A DNA stretch of 64,000 nucleotides from Ignavibacteriota bacterium. GTDB lineage: Bacteria; Bacteroidota; Ignavibacteria; UBA10030. Position 1 is the first letter of the stretch; each line of letters begins with the position of its first letter. The position numbers were made by a program, and so were the translations under genes. The DNA lies in assembly GCA_963701295.1 (NCBI GenBank), contig OY969585.1, positions 960,827 through 1,024,826 of the forward strand, in the 5' to 3' direction. Below, one piece after another: positions 25,794-36,177 of this stretch. The notes under the pieces are model-generated. The model did not search any database. It saw nothing but the letters and a program-made list of their open reading frames with translations, and was not told the origin of the DNA.

Positions 25794-27704
25794 TTATTTA
25801 AAAATCTTCTTTAATGTGTCTTTCGCTTTTTTCGTAATATCGCCTGTTTGTTTCTTCTTCTCTTGATCGATACGATTTTCGATCTCTTTCTTTTTTGCTT
25901 CTACCAGTGCGAGCTTTTCATTCACCAAGGTTTCATGTTCTTTCAGTCTGCCCATTACCATTTCGCGTTTTTCATTGTAAAGATTTTCAACCTCGGCGTG
26001 TTTTTCGGCTATCTTTGCATTTAATTTATTACGAAGATCGTTCTGAATCTTTGTGACTTCATCGCCAATGACCTTCTTAGTCCGGGACGCAAGCTGGTCG
26101 TCAAGATCTGTGGTAAATGCGACATCAAACTTATTCTCGTTGTGCCACATATGCAAGTTGACGTGGAAACACTTGATAGAAGCAAGCACATCCCGTACAA
26201 TCCGTTCTACTATGCCACTCGGTTCGCGCTGGAAAACAATCGTTAAGTTGTTGAAGATGATCTTTGTGTTCGAATCAAAGTGATTGCCGGGTACGGCAAT
26301 AATGATGGAAGCATCTGCGCCAGCATTGGTAACTTTTGACGGCAGGAAATCCGAACGGCCGAGAGACATTTCTTTAATTGGCAATCCAGTCAGCAGCGCC
26401 TTGTAATTATCCACTGCCAACTCCTTGCGTCTATCGAATGAAGCGCCAAGCACCAGCGTTGTTGTTCCGCCTTTTGTAGCAGATAAGTCCATAGTCATAG
26501 GATATCCTGTGATTCGCTGGTCATTCGTGATATTGAGAACCTCACCCTTTGCATAAAAATATTGAGGATCCTGAGCTTTATCTGTGCCGCCTGAAATAAG
26601 AATTTTTTTGATCCAGAATTTCGGATATGAACGTTCTACAGGGAAATAAATATTTTGCCCCTTGAAGCGCACCGGAGTTTCTATAGGCGGTTTGTCAGAG
26701 GAGTTTTGAATCTTGCTCTTTGCCATATCCACATACCCCAAATACTCGTACGCTTTCTGCAGAAGATCTTTGCCGAGTACCATCTCACCAATTCCCTTCA
26801 TCGAGACATCCGGAAGATGTGCCATGCTCATGACATTTCGAAAATCCTGAGTTGCAAGGTCATCTAAATTTTTGATTGGCTCGCCGAACTTATTTACACT
26901 ATCGATCAGAGTCGTTTTCTGATTGTTGAATGTAGTCTTTACTTCATTGGCTGTATTCAAAATACTCTTTGCATTGTTCAAAGCATCGTTGGCAGCCTGA
27001 AGAGTCTTGATGTTGCTAAGATTGATCAACTTGGTGCGTGATTCAATGTCGGCAAGTTTCGCTTTCGACTTATCCATTTCGTCCAATGTCGTTTTCCATT
27101 GTACACTTGCATCGTTAATTTGCTTTTTCAAAGTATCAACGCGGTGGAATGTAGCAAGATTATTTGGATTCAGTAAGCTGTCAATCTTCAGCTCACGTTT
27201 AATTTTGTCGAGGTCAAATGATGTCGATGATTTTGAATCCTGCGGTGCAAGAGCTGGTTTTGCTAGTTCTGTCAGCGGAGCAATTTGCTTTCCGGTTGAG
27301 TCAACCGCAAGCTGTTGAGATAGTGCCGCCTGTTTCTTCTCTTTCAGTTTCGGAATGGATCCATCTGTAGTACGCTTGGTGCCGAGAATAAGATCGTTCA
27401 TCTCCATTGTCTCAATAATGAACTTGCCGCGAAGAAGCTGACCGAAATTCAATGCAAATTGCACTTTGCCGGTTTCAAATAAATTCTTCCAGCCGTCATT
27501 CGGATTGGTAACCTGTAAACGTGCAAACTCAATGCCGATAGGATTCATGGTGATGTGTAAATGGTCGATTTCAACTTTTGCGCCAACAGCTTTTTCGCCG
27601 GCATACTCCAACCCTGATTCTATCCAACTGTCGATAAACAGATAGACGACTATGCAAACAATAATTGCAGGAACAAGAATAAACAGAACAAATTTCTTTC
27701 TCAT
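25794..27704 (-). CDS. TIGR03545-like membrane-anchored protein with a C-terminal coiled coil
   Basis: Likely start MRKKFVLFILVPAIIVCIVVYLF (TM anchor). About 636 aa. Lys/Glu-rich coiled-coil C-terminus. It pairs with the DUF2062 gene upstream. Confidence 0.45.
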   Translation of the reverse strand: MRKKFVLFILVPAIIVCIVVYLFIDSWIESGLEYAGEKAVGAKVEIDHLHITMNPIGIEFARLQVTNPNDGWKNLFETGKVQFALNFGQLLRGKFIIETMEMNDLILGTKRTTDGSIPKLKEKKQAALSQQLAVDSTGKQIAPLTELAKPALAPQDSKSSTSFDLDKIKRELKIDSLLNPNNLATFHRVDTLKKQINDASVQWKTTLDEMDKSKAKLADIESRTKLINLSNIKTLQAANDALNNAKSILNTANEVKTTFNNQKTTLIDSVNKFGEPIKNLDDLATQDFRNVMSMAHLPDVSMKGIGEMVLGKDLLQKAYEYLGYVDMAKSKIQNSSDKPPIETPVRFKGQNIYFPVERSYPKFWIKKILISGGTDKAQDPQYFYAKGEVLNITNDQRITGYPMTMDLSATKGGTTTLVLGASFDRRKELAVDNYKALLTGLPIKEMSLGRSDFLPSKVTNAGADASIIIAVPGNHFDSNTKIIFNNLTIVFQREPSGIVERIVRDVLASIKCFHVNLHMWHNENKFDVAFTTDLDDQLASRTKKVIGDEVTKIQNDLRNKLNAKIAEKHAEVENLYNEKREMVMGRLKEHETLVNEKLALVEAKKKEIENRIDQEKKKQTGDITKKAKDTLKKIFK

Positions 27705-28231
27705 CGCACACCTCCTAGGCTCCGGACCCGTTTGTACCACTGCACGAGCGAGCTGCGGTCGATGATATGGTATATTTTCCATTGCGCGACTTTGACACCG
27801 AGAGTTGCTCTGTAAGCGATAACGAATTTTTTCATGCCAATATAGACTGGAATAAAGAATAGTAAAGCAGTGATAAAACTGCCCATGACAACAGTGTTAT
27901 TAAACCGCGTCAAGGGAGCAATTGGTGCATTGTAGAGTGCTGTCCACAACCCCTTCAGACCGTTGATATCTACGAGTAAAAAATAACCAAGTCTGTGGAA
28001 AAGCGGGTCGAAAATATAAGCGATCAATGCAAAAAGGCCGAGTGAAAAAGTCGCTGCCGATAAGTTCACATCAAGCATGAGAATAATCAACCAGACCAAT
28101 ACTCCTTGAAGTGTAAACATCGGAGATAATCCAAGAATAAAACCGAGAGCAAAACCGCCGGCTACCTGTGCGGGTGTCTGCCCCTCACGTAGGATTTTAA
28201 TGAAGTTGGTTACAAGTTTTAGCCAGAACAT
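27701..28231 (-). CDS. DUF2062/TIGR03546-like small membrane protein
   Basis: 176 aa with several TM segments, abutting the TIGR03545-like gene. Confidence 0.45.
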   Translation of the reverse strand: MFWLKLVTNFIKILREGQTPAQVAGGFALGFILGLSPMFTLQGVLVWLIILMLDVNLSAATFSLGLFALIAYIFDPLFHRLGYFLLVDINGLKGLWTALYNAPIAPLTRFNNTVVMGSFITALLFFIPVYIGMKKFVIAYRATLGVKVAQWKIYHIIDRSSLVQWYKRVRSLGGVR

Positions 28232-28635
28232 AAATGAAGTCCTTTATGAATTCATTGCATTGTATATAAATAAGATAATCTTTCGGATGGTTTCTTTCAA
28301 GCCTTAGAATAAAGAAAAGGTTGGAGTAATTGCCATATTCGGGCAAAGGAACTGGAGGTACATTCTTATGAACGGATTTTATTGGATTGTTTCCCTCACA
28401 GTAATGAGATTAATTCTCGGCACATGGAAGTAAGTAGTTTTGTAGTTACTTATAAACGGACGGGAAACTTAACAAATCTATTTGCTATTTTTTCTTTGGT
28501 CCAGCTTACAATGGATAGGATTTGCCGTTTGGTAGTTACTCTTTGAAGTATCACTTGAAAATTGCGATTTAGAGGACAAGTATGTACTTTGGCTTTGATC
28601 AATGGTTACAAAAATTTTAGACTAATAAGCATAGA

Positions 28636-29373
28636 ATGAACTCCCAAACTAACGCCATCCTCACTGCACTTTATTCTAAAGCCAATCCGAAGAATGTTGA
28701 AGAAATGACACGATATGGAATTAAAAGTACAGGTAATGTACTCGGAATATCCTCAAAGTATCTCTTTTCACTTGCAAAGAGTATAGGAACAAACCAGAAA
28801 TTAGCGCTCGAACTTTGGGAGACAGGCATCTATGAAGCACGGCTCATTGCTGCCTATCTCGCTGACCCAAAACAAATGAACAAAACCATTATCAACCGCT
28901 GGGTACGCGACTTTGACAACTGGGCAATCTGTGATGGCGTGTGTATGCATTGCTTCCGTGATGCTCCTTATGGACATGAACTTGTTTTGAAATGGGTGAA
29001 ACAGAAACAGGAATTTGTCCGGCGAGCTGGATTTACCATGATCGCAACACTTTGTGTGAACGATAAAAAGTCAGATGATATTGTTTTTCTAAAATATCTT
29101 CCCATAGTATATAAGTATGCAACAGACGAACGCAATTATGTAAAGAAAGCGGTCAACTGGGCGCTCAGGCAGATCGGAAAGCGGAATCTGAAGCTCAATA
29201 CTGCTGCAATCAAGATGGCAAAGAAAATTCAGAAATTGGATTCCCCCGCTGCAAAGTGGGTTGCTGCGGACGCGTTACGGGAACTGAAAAGTGCGGCTGT
29301 CCAAAAGCGACTAAAAAGAAATATGCAGAGTTATCTCAAAAAACCGAAACGGAATACTATATTGCGTTTTTGA
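28636..29373 (+). CDS. DNA alkylation repair protein (AlkD/AlkC-like HEAT-repeat glycosylase family)
   Basis: Helical repeat protein. The motifs WVRDFDNWAICDG and NWALRQIGKRN are typical of the PF08713 family. Confidence 0.65.
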   Translation: MNSQTNAILTALYSKANPKNVEEMTRYGIKSTGNVLGISSKYLFSLAKSIGTNQKLALELWETGIYEARLIAAYLADPKQMNKTIINRWVRDFDNWAICDGVCMHCFRDAPYGHELVLKWVKQKQEFVRRAGFTMIATLCVNDKKSDDIVFLKYLPIVYKYATDERNYVKKAVNWALRQIGKRNLKLNTAAIKMAKKIQKLDSPAAKWVAADALRELKSAAVQKRLKRNMQSYLKKPKRNTILRF

Positions 29374-30154
29374 GTTGTCGCACCCAACCACTAATTTCCG
29401 TAGTTGTATCTCCCTGTGTAATTTTTTGAATAAGTGCACTCCCTACAATAGCACCATCTGCATATTGAGCTATACGCTGGGCATCAGTTGGAGTTTTAAT
29501 ACCAAATCCCACCAAGACTGGATTTTTTTTTGCATTACTCTTCACGCGGCTCAGGTACGATTCAATATTGCCGATGTTCGAGCGGCCTGTGACTCCAGTG
29601 GTCGATACACAATAGAGAAATCCTGATGTAACTTCATCGATGTTCTGAATTCGTTCGTCGGACGTAGCCGGACTGACAAAAAGAATATCGGCAAGATGAT
29701 ACTTTCGGTTGAGCGATAAGAAACGATCCGATTCTTCCAGCGGAACTTCCGGGAGAATGATGCCGTCCACACCGGCTTTTCTTGCGTCGGCAAAGAAGTT
29801 CTCTTCACCGTAATGAAGAATGGGATTTAAGTAACCCATCAACACCAGCGGAATATTTGTGTGTTTCCGAATTTCTTTAACTTGTTCTAAAATGTGCTCG
29901 AGTGTAATTCCGTTTTTGATTGCCTGTTGTGAACTTGCCTGAATAATAGGTCCATCGGCGAGCGGATCGGAGAAGGGCATGCCGAGTTCAATAATGTCAG
30001 CTCCAGCTTGAGCAAGTTCCAGCGACAGCGGTGCAGTAGAGTCAAGCTGCGGATAACCGGCTGTGAGAAAAAGTACAAGGGCTTTTTCGTTTCGCTCTTT
30101 GAGCTGTGTCAGTTTTGTTGTAAGACGGTTTGTTTCAAATTTATTATTCTTCAC
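29357..30154 (-). CDS. trpA: tryptophan synthase alpha chain
   Basis: [17 protein letters not shown] motif. Confidence 0.9.
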   Translation of the reverse strand: MKNNKFETNRLTTKLTQLKERNEKALVLFLTAGYPQLDSTAPLSLELAQAGADIIELGMPFSDPLADGPIIQASSQQAIKNGITLEHILEQVKEIRKHTNIPLVLMGYLNPILHYGEENFFADARKAGVDGIILPEVPLEESDRFLSLNRKYHLADILFVSPATSDERIQNIDEVTSGFLYCVSTTGVTGRSNIGNIESYLSRVKSNAKKNPVLVGFGIKTPTDAQRIAQYADGAIVGSALIQKITQGDTTTEISGWVRQLKNAI

Positions 30155-31377
30155 TTTACAATTTTCCCTTCTGAATTCTGCAAAGCATACGTCATCATAT
30201 CTTTATCTCCTCTACCGGAAAGATTCACAACAACAATATCTTTCTTCGATGTTGTCGGCATGAGTTTTTCCAGATGTGCAAATGCATGTGCTGATTCTAG
30301 TGCCGGAATAATTCCTTCTAATCTGGCCAGCAAACTCGCTGCTTCAAGTGCCTGTTTATCGGTGATAGATACATACTTCACCCTCCCGAGATCTTTCAAT
30401 GCACTATGTTCAGGTCCGACACCGGGATAATCAAGCCCTGCAGAAATAGAATGCGCCAACTCTACTTGTCCGTTTTTATCCTGCAGCAAGTAGCTGAACG
30501 AGCCATGCAGAACACCGGGTAAACCTTTCGAAAGTGTTGCAGCATGCTTTTGAGTATTTAGTCCGCAGCCAGCTGCTTCTACGCCGATCATTCGAATATC
30601 TTCGCGGATGAATGGATAGAACATTCCCAATGCATTACTGCCGCCGCCAACACACGCAACGAGTATGGAGGGAAGCTTGCTTTCACTTGCGAGTATTTGT
30701 TTCCGTGTTTCTTTGCCGATCACCGATTGGAAATCACGTACTATCATTGGATATGGATGCGGGCCAACCACCGAGCCGATAATGTAAAATGTGTTGTCGA
30801 CATTGGTTACCCAATCACGGATAGCTTCGCTTGTTGCATCTTTGAGCGTGCGACTTCCCGTCGTTACTGGAACGACTTCCGCACCCAGCATCTTCATCCG
30901 ATGCACATTCAATTCTTGGCGGTGGATATCTTCTTCTCCCATATATACAACGCACTGCAATCTCATTTTTGCTGCAACGGTCGCCGTGGCAACTCCATGT
31001 TGTCCGGCTCCTGTTTCTGCGATAATACGCTTCTTGCCTGCGCGTTTTGCAAGCAGAATCTGTCCGATGGTATTATTAATCTTATGCGCGCCGGTATGAC
31101 AAAGATCTTCGCGTTTCATATAGATTTTGCCGCACCCATAGTGCTCGGTTAATCTATTGCTAAAGGTCAACGGTGTCGGACGCCCAGCATATGTGCGCAA
31201 CATTGCTGCAAATTCTTTTTTGAATGTCGCATCTCGTTTTGCTTCGCGGTACAATTCATCAAGCTCGAACAATGCATGCATCAATGTTTCGGGAACAAAT
31301 CGTCCGCCATAGTCTCCGTAGTAACCGCGCTTATCGGGGTAATTATAATGTTGAAATTGCTTTTTTACTGAACTCAC
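30151..31377 (-). CDS. trpB: tryptophan synthase beta chain
   Basis: PLP site [15 protein letters not shown]. Confidence 0.95.
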   Translation of the reverse strand: MSSVKKQFQHYNYPDKRGYYGDYGGRFVPETLMHALFELDELYREAKRDATFKKEFAAMLRTYAGRPTPLTFSNRLTEHYGCGKIYMKREDLCHTGAHKINNTIGQILLAKRAGKKRIIAETGAGQHGVATATVAAKMRLQCVVYMGEEDIHRQELNVHRMKMLGAEVVPVTTGSRTLKDATSEAIRDWVTNVDNTFYIIGSVVGPHPYPMIVRDFQSVIGKETRKQILASESKLPSILVACVGGGSNALGMFYPFIREDIRMIGVEAAGCGLNTQKHAATLSKGLPGVLHGSFSYLLQDKNGQVELAHSISAGLDYPGVGPEHSALKDLGRVKYVSITDKQALEAASLLARLEGIIPALESAHAFAHLEKLMPTTSKKDIVVVNLSGRGDKDMMTYALQNSEGKIVK

Positions 31378-31381
31378 TGTT

Positions 31382-32008
31382 TCATCTCCTTATTTCATTC
31401 TGCAGCGACCGGATTGTTTTAAAGAGCTGCTCAAGTTTGTTTTTATCTTTCTTTCCCGGCGCAGACTCAACGCCGCTGTTCACATCTACCGCGTACGGCT
31501 GCACTCTTTTAACAGCTTCGGCAATATTCTCAGGTGTTAATCCACCGGCAAGTATGATGCGGCCATATTCTTTCGCCTTGATTGCAATATCCCAGTCAAA
31601 CGTTTTCCCTGTGCCGCCAAGAATGCCCTCGACATATGTATCCAATAAATACGCCGATCCTTTATATCGCTGAAGTGTTTCCAGATTGAACTCTTTATCT
31701 ACGCGGAATGATTTGTAGACCGGGATCGGAAATTTTGCCAGCTGCTTCGGTGATTCATTACCGTGAAGCTGCATGCAGCATATTCCTGTCTCGTCGATCA
31801 ATTCAAGAATTTCATCGTGCTCTGCATCAGCAACAACACCGACAGGAATAACAAACGGAGGTAATTCCTGAATAATCTTCCGTGCTGCACTGGGACGAAT
31901 ATGTCTTGGACTGGTTTTGACAAAAATAAATCCCAGAGCGTCAGTGCCAAGTTCTGCTGCAAGGAGTGCATCTTCCATGTTTGTGATGCCGCAAATTTTT
32001 ACTTTCAT
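31382..32008 (-). CDS. trpF: phosphoribosylanthranilate isomerase
   Basis: MKVKICGIT start. QLHGNES. Confidence 0.85.
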   Translation of the reverse strand: MKVKICGITNMEDALLAAELGTDALGFIFVKTSPRHIRPSAARKIIQELPPFVIPVGVVADAEHDEILELIDETGICCMQLHGNESPKQLAKFPIPVYKSFRVDKEFNLETLQRYKGSAYLLDTYVEGILGGTGKTFDWDIAIKAKEYGRIILAGGLTPENIAEAVKRVQPYAVDVNSGVESAPGKKDKNKLEQLFKTIRSLQNEIRR

Positions 32009-32805
32009 TGTTCGTCTTTTTTCATTGGAGTTAATAATGATTTTAACGCTTTGCCCGGATTAACCGCTCGCATCAAACTTTCACCAACAAGCACTGCGTG
32101 AATTCCATGCGCCGCTAAGTGATCAATATCGGTTCGATTTGAAATTCCGCTTTCACTGACAATGATGATACCTTCTGGAATTTTTGCAGCTACTCGAAGA
32201 GTTGTTGTAACATCAATCGTAAAGTCAGACAAATCCCGGTTATTAATTCCAACGATCTTTACTTGTTTCAGATCGAGTGTTGCCAACTCTCGCTCATTAT
32301 GTACTTCGACAAGACAATCGAGTCCAAGCTCGTTCGCTTCGTCATGCAAATTGTGTAACTGTTTCGGTTCTAATGCAGCAACGATAAGTAATATAGCATC
32401 AGCACCAAACGATTTTGCTTCCGTAAGCTGATAAGAATCTATGATAAAATCCTTTCGCAGAATCGGAAGAGAAACAGATGCACGGACATCAGAGATAAAT
32501 CGAATGTTGCCTTGAAAATATTTCTTATCCGTCAACATGGAAATTGCACTGGCACAGTTTTCCGAATACTCTTGGGCAAGAGCATAAGGATCAAAATCCT
32601 TTCGGATAACACCTTTTGAGGGCGATGCTTTTTTTATCTCTGCAATGATACTCACTTCTTCACGATGCAATGCTTTCATCAAAGAAAAACAACGTCGCTG
32701 AAAACCGGGCATCTCTCTGAGCTGTTCAAGAGGCGTTGTTTTCTTTGAGACGGCAACTTCTTGCCGTGTGTTCTCAAGAATATTTTTTAATATGCTCATA
32801 CTCAA
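32005..32805 (-). CDS. trpC: indole-3-glycerol phosphate synthase
   Basis: IAEIKKASPSKG. ILRKDFI. Confidence 0.9.
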   Translation of the reverse strand: MSMSILKNILENTRQEVAVSKKTTPLEQLREMPGFQRRCFSLMKALHREEVSIIAEIKKASPSKGVIRKDFDPYALAQEYSENCASAISMLTDKKYFQGNIRFISDVRASVSLPILRKDFIIDSYQLTEAKSFGADAILLIVAALEPKQLHNLHDEANELGLDCLVEVHNERELATLDLKQVKIVGINNRDLSDFTIDVTTTLRVAAKIPEGIIIVSESGISNRTDIDHLAAHGIHAVLVGESLMRAVNPGKALKSLLTPMKKDEQ

Positions 32806-33809
32806 TTTGTGTTTTGAATCAGTTGCTGCAGTTTCTCTAGTGCTTTTCCGGAATTAATCGATTCTTCGGCTTTCTGTTTTCCCTCTATAATGGTCTTGGT
32901 TTTACCTCCAATATAGATACCTAGTGCTGCATTTGCTATCACAACATCTCGAGCCGGACATTTTTTTCCTTGAAGAACTTCCAGTGTAATCACTGCATTA
33001 TTGTTTTTGTCACCGCCATGGAGACTTTCGAGCGAGTGTAATGGAAATCCAAAATCTTTCGGTTGCAAACGATACTCTTTCAACGGTTCGTTCCCATTCA
33101 CCTCGTGAACGATCGTTCCGCCTGAGAGCGTTACTTCATCCAAACCGTCATCGCTGTGAACAACACATGCCTTTTCAGCTCCAAGTTTTTGCAGAGCGCC
33201 GGCGAGAAGCGGAGCGACTTGAGCGTTATAAACTCCCACGAGCTGACGTTTTACGCCTGCCGGATTTGTCAGAGGACCAACCATATTAAAAATACTGCGC
33301 ACGCCTAATTCCATGCGCGGCTTTGCCGCATGCTTCATCGCAGGATGAAATAATGGTGCGAATAAAAATCCTATGCCGATACGATTGATGCAGATTTGCA
33401 CGATCTCTGATGAGCATTGAATATTGACACCAAGTGCTGTGAGTACATCGGCACTTCCGCTTTGACTGGAAACGGAACGATTGCCATGCTTTGCAACCGT
33501 CACGCCAGCTCCTGCCACAACAAACGATGCGACCGTAGAAATGTTAAACGTACCTGAACAGTCGCCGCCTGTACCGCACATATCAATCGCATTCGGATCT
33601 TCGATGTGAAGCTTTATTCCATGCTCGCGCATCGTGCGGGCGAACCCGACAAGCTCATCTACCGTTTCCCCTTTTGCACGCAGAGCAATCAATATTCCGG
33701 CAATTTGCGCATCGGTTGCTTGACCAGTCATGATCGTGCTGAGAGCGGTCGATGCTTCTTCGATGGTAAGATGTTCTCCCGCCAAACATTTTTCTATGTG
33801 AGTTTTCAT
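32802..33809 (-). CDS. trpD: anthranilate phosphoribosyltransferase
   Basis: DMCGTGGD. KHGNRSVSS. Confidence 0.9.
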   Translation of the reverse strand: MKTHIEKCLAGEHLTIEEASTALSTIMTGQATDAQIAGILIALRAKGETVDELVGFARTMREHGIKLHIEDPNAIDMCGTGGDCSGTFNISTVASFVVAGAGVTVAKHGNRSVSSQSGSADVLTALGVNIQCSSEIVQICINRIGIGFLFAPLFHPAMKHAAKPRMELGVRSIFNMVGPLTNPAGVKRQLVGVYNAQVAPLLAGALQKLGAEKACVVHSDDGLDEVTLSGGTIVHEVNGNEPLKEYRLQPKDFGFPLHSLESLHGGDKNNNAVITLEVLQGKKCPARDVVIANAALGIYIGGKTKTIIEGKQKAEESINSGKALEKLQQLIQNTN

Positions 33810-34381
33810 TGGATGTTATAAACCTCCAGCCAGTTGTGAAGAATGTGTTGACCCTCCGGTGTAAGGATAGATTCGGGATGAAATTGAATTCCCTCGATCG
33901 GATACTTCCGATGCGTCACGCCCATGATAATACCGTCGCTTGTGTAGGAAGAAATTTTGAGTTCATCGGGAAAATGTTCCTGCGAAACGACGAGTGAATG
34001 GTATCGCCCTGCGGTCAATGGACTCGGTACCGAACGCAGAATAGTTTCACCGAAGTGCGTTACTTCCGACGTGCGTCCATGCATCAACGTTGGCGCATGA
34101 ATAATCTTCGCACCAAACGCGTAACCAATCGATTGATGACCGAGACAAACACCGAGGATGGGAATCGTTGCGCCAAGTTTCTGAATAACTTCCACCGTTA
34201 CGCCGGCATCTTCCGGCATGCCGGGACCCGGTGAAAGAATAATTCCATGCGGCGAGAGAGCGCCGATTTCATCGACCGACATATCCTGGTTTCTGATCAC
34301 GCGGATATCTGGCGACATCTTACCGACCATCTGCACAAGGTTGTATGTAAATGAATCGTAGTTGTCGATGACAAGTATCAT
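33806..34381 (-). CDS. trpG: anthranilate synthase component II (glutamine amidotransferase)
   Basis: GVCLGHQ catalytic Cys motif. Confidence 0.9.
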   Translation of the reverse strand: MILVIDNYDSFTYNLVQMVGKMSPDIRVIRNQDMSVDEIGALSPHGIILSPGPGMPEDAGVTVEVIQKLGATIPILGVCLGHQSIGYAFGAKIIHAPTLMHGRTSEVTHFGETILRSVPSPLTAGRYHSLVVSQEHFPDELKISSYTSDGIIMGVTHRKYPIEGIQFHPESILTPEGQHILHNWLEVYNIQ

Positions 34382-35883
34382 TTTTGATCTCCCCCATGTC
34401 CGTTCCCGTTATGAACTTTCATCAATCCGTTCGACGCAGCGTTCAGAGCATCGAGTAGAGCTTGAGCTTTGTTCACCGTTTCTTTGTACTCCAGTTCCGG
34501 AACTGAATCCGCAACGATCCCTGCACCTGCCTGAATGGTGAGCATTCCGTTTGCTGCAACAATGGTGCGGATGGCGATGCATGTATCTAATGCGCCATCG
34601 AAACCGAGATACCCGACAGCGCCTGCGTAAATTCCGCGACGCACAGGTTCCAATTCGTGGATAATTTCCATTGCACGCACTTTCGGAGCGCCGGAAACAG
34701 TTCCGGCAGGAAAACATGCCCTCAGTGCGTCTAAACTGGATGCATTCTCTCTGAGTTTTCCCTGAACTTCAGAGATTATATGCATCACATGCGAAAACCG
34801 CTTCAAGCGTTTGAACACCGAAACCTGGACACTCCCGAATTCGCTCACGCGTCCGATATCATTGCGACCTAAATCAACCAGCATTACATGTTCTGCCAAT
34901 TCCTTTTGATCGGATAGAAGTTCTTCTCCCAATCGCGTATCGTCTTCCGGAGTTTTGCCGCGTCTGCGCGTGCCTGCAATCGGCATCACTGATGCAATGT
35001 CGTTTTGCACACGAACTAGTACTTCCGGTGAAGAGCCAATGAGTTTTACCGATTTGAAATCGAGATAAAAGAGATAAGGAGATGGATTGATAATGCGAAG
35101 GGCGCGATACACAGGGAAGGGATCACCTGAAAACGGCAGCTGTACGCGGCGGGAAAGAACGACTTGAAAAATATCACCTTCGCGGATATATTCTTTTGCC
35201 CGCCGGACCGATGAACAAAATGCCTCGCGGTCCGAGCCATGCTCCACAGAAGAAGAATCGCAATGGAATGTGTTCTCTGTTGAGGGCGATTTTCCAAGCT
35301 GAATGAAAACGGACTCGAGTTTTCGTTTCCCCTCATGATATTGCTCACTGAGGGATTGCTGCTTATCAAGAATGCAATTGTAGGTGATAGTTATCAATTG
35401 GTGCAAGTGATCGAATTTCACCACGATATGAAATAATCCGAATATTGCGTCCGGCGCATCCTCTTTAGCCAGCGGATGAAGGGGGACTTTTTCTATTTCC
35501 TGCACCCGGTCGTAGCCGTAGTATCCAAGAAATCCTCCTGCAAATCCCTGCTGCTTCCGGATTGCCACGTTCCGGTACTGGCGCGAGTATTCCTCCAGCA
35601 CATCGATGACTTTTCCGCACCGCTGTTCTTTCTTTTTTCCGGATTCGATCTCAATTACATCGCCTTTTGCTTTGATCAGCAACAGCGGGTCGGTGCCGAC
35701 AAATGAATAGCGCCCGATTTTTTCATCAGGTTCCACACTCTCTAAAAGAAACGAAGGAGAGAGGTTGGAGCGGAGGCTCAGGTAGATCGACACGGGAGTG
35801 TGTAGATCGGCAAGCATCGTTTCCACAAGCGGGATGACCGTATGTGTGCCTGCGAGCTGCTCAAATTCTTGTTGTGTTATCAT
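34378..35883 (-). CDS. trpE: anthranilate synthase component I
   Basis: 501 aa with a chorismate-binding C-terminus GAVGYLGFDG. Confidence 0.9.
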   Translation of the reverse strand: MITQQEFEQLAGTHTVIPLVETMLADLHTPVSIYLSLRSNLSPSFLLESVEPDEKIGRYSFVGTDPLLLIKAKGDVIEIESGKKKEQRCGKVIDVLEEYSRQYRNVAIRKQQGFAGGFLGYYGYDRVQEIEKVPLHPLAKEDAPDAIFGLFHIVVKFDHLHQLITITYNCILDKQQSLSEQYHEGKRKLESVFIQLGKSPSTENTFHCDSSSVEHGSDREAFCSSVRRAKEYIREGDIFQVVLSRRVQLPFSGDPFPVYRALRIINPSPYLFYLDFKSVKLIGSSPEVLVRVQNDIASVMPIAGTRRRGKTPEDDTRLGEELLSDQKELAEHVMLVDLGRNDIGRVSEFGSVQVSVFKRLKRFSHVMHIISEVQGKLRENASSLDALRACFPAGTVSGAPKVRAMEIIHELEPVRRGIYAGAVGYLGFDGALDTCIAIRTIVAANGMLTIQAGAGIVADSVPELEYKETVNKAQALLDALNAASNGLMKVHNGNGHGGDQK

Positions 35884-35896
35884 TGGTGGACGTCCT

Positions 35897-35937
35897 TAAA
35901 ATAAAAAACCCTTCCAGGGTGTGATCCGGGAAGGGTT
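35897..35937 (-). terminator. intrinsic terminator (attenuator) immediately 5' of trpE
   Basis: Minus-strand RNA AACCCUUCC-CGGAUCACACCCU-GGAAGGGUU followed by UUUUUUAUUUU. It sits about 10-50 nt upstream of the trpE ATG. Confidence 0.6.
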
Positions 35938-35966
35938 AAATGAAAAAAACTTTGTATGCTTAGAGG

Positions 35967-36062
35967 TTAACTATCCGTTCTCTTTCCTGTGTGTTTGGAT
36001 ATACTACTGCGCCACCACCAACGGTTGTTCAAAGAGACGATATGTTGAACGGATTGTGACAT
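35967..36062 (-). CDS. trpL: trp operon leader peptide with three consecutive Trp codons
   Basis: The minus strand encodes MSQSVQHIVSLNNRWWWRSSISKHTGKRTDS* (31 aa). TGGTGGTGG lies at 36012-36020. Confidence 0.55.
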   Translation of the reverse strand: MSQSVQHIVSLNNRWWWRSSISKHTGKRTDS

Positions 36063-36075
36063 ACTTAATATTAAT

Positions 36076-36104
36076 AATATACATGATCCGTGGAAAGAAG
36101 TCAA
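36076..36104 (-). promoter_or_regulatory. sigma70-like promoter for the trp leader (TTGACT-17-TATATT)
   Basis: Minus-strand hexamers TTGACT (36099-36104) and TATATT (36076-36081) with a 17-nt spacer. The leader ATG lies about 14 nt downstream. Confidence 0.3.
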
Positions 36105-36177
36105 GAGTCTAGATAATTTTTTTGAAATTCTATTATTCAATTTTTATCGTTGTGATGTCGTGCCGCGTATGGCTCTT

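Noticed and set aside
35921-36112. A 63-aa plus-strand ORF over the trp leader region
   Set aside because: It overlaps the minus-strand leader peptide, terminator and promoter. It is a chance frame.
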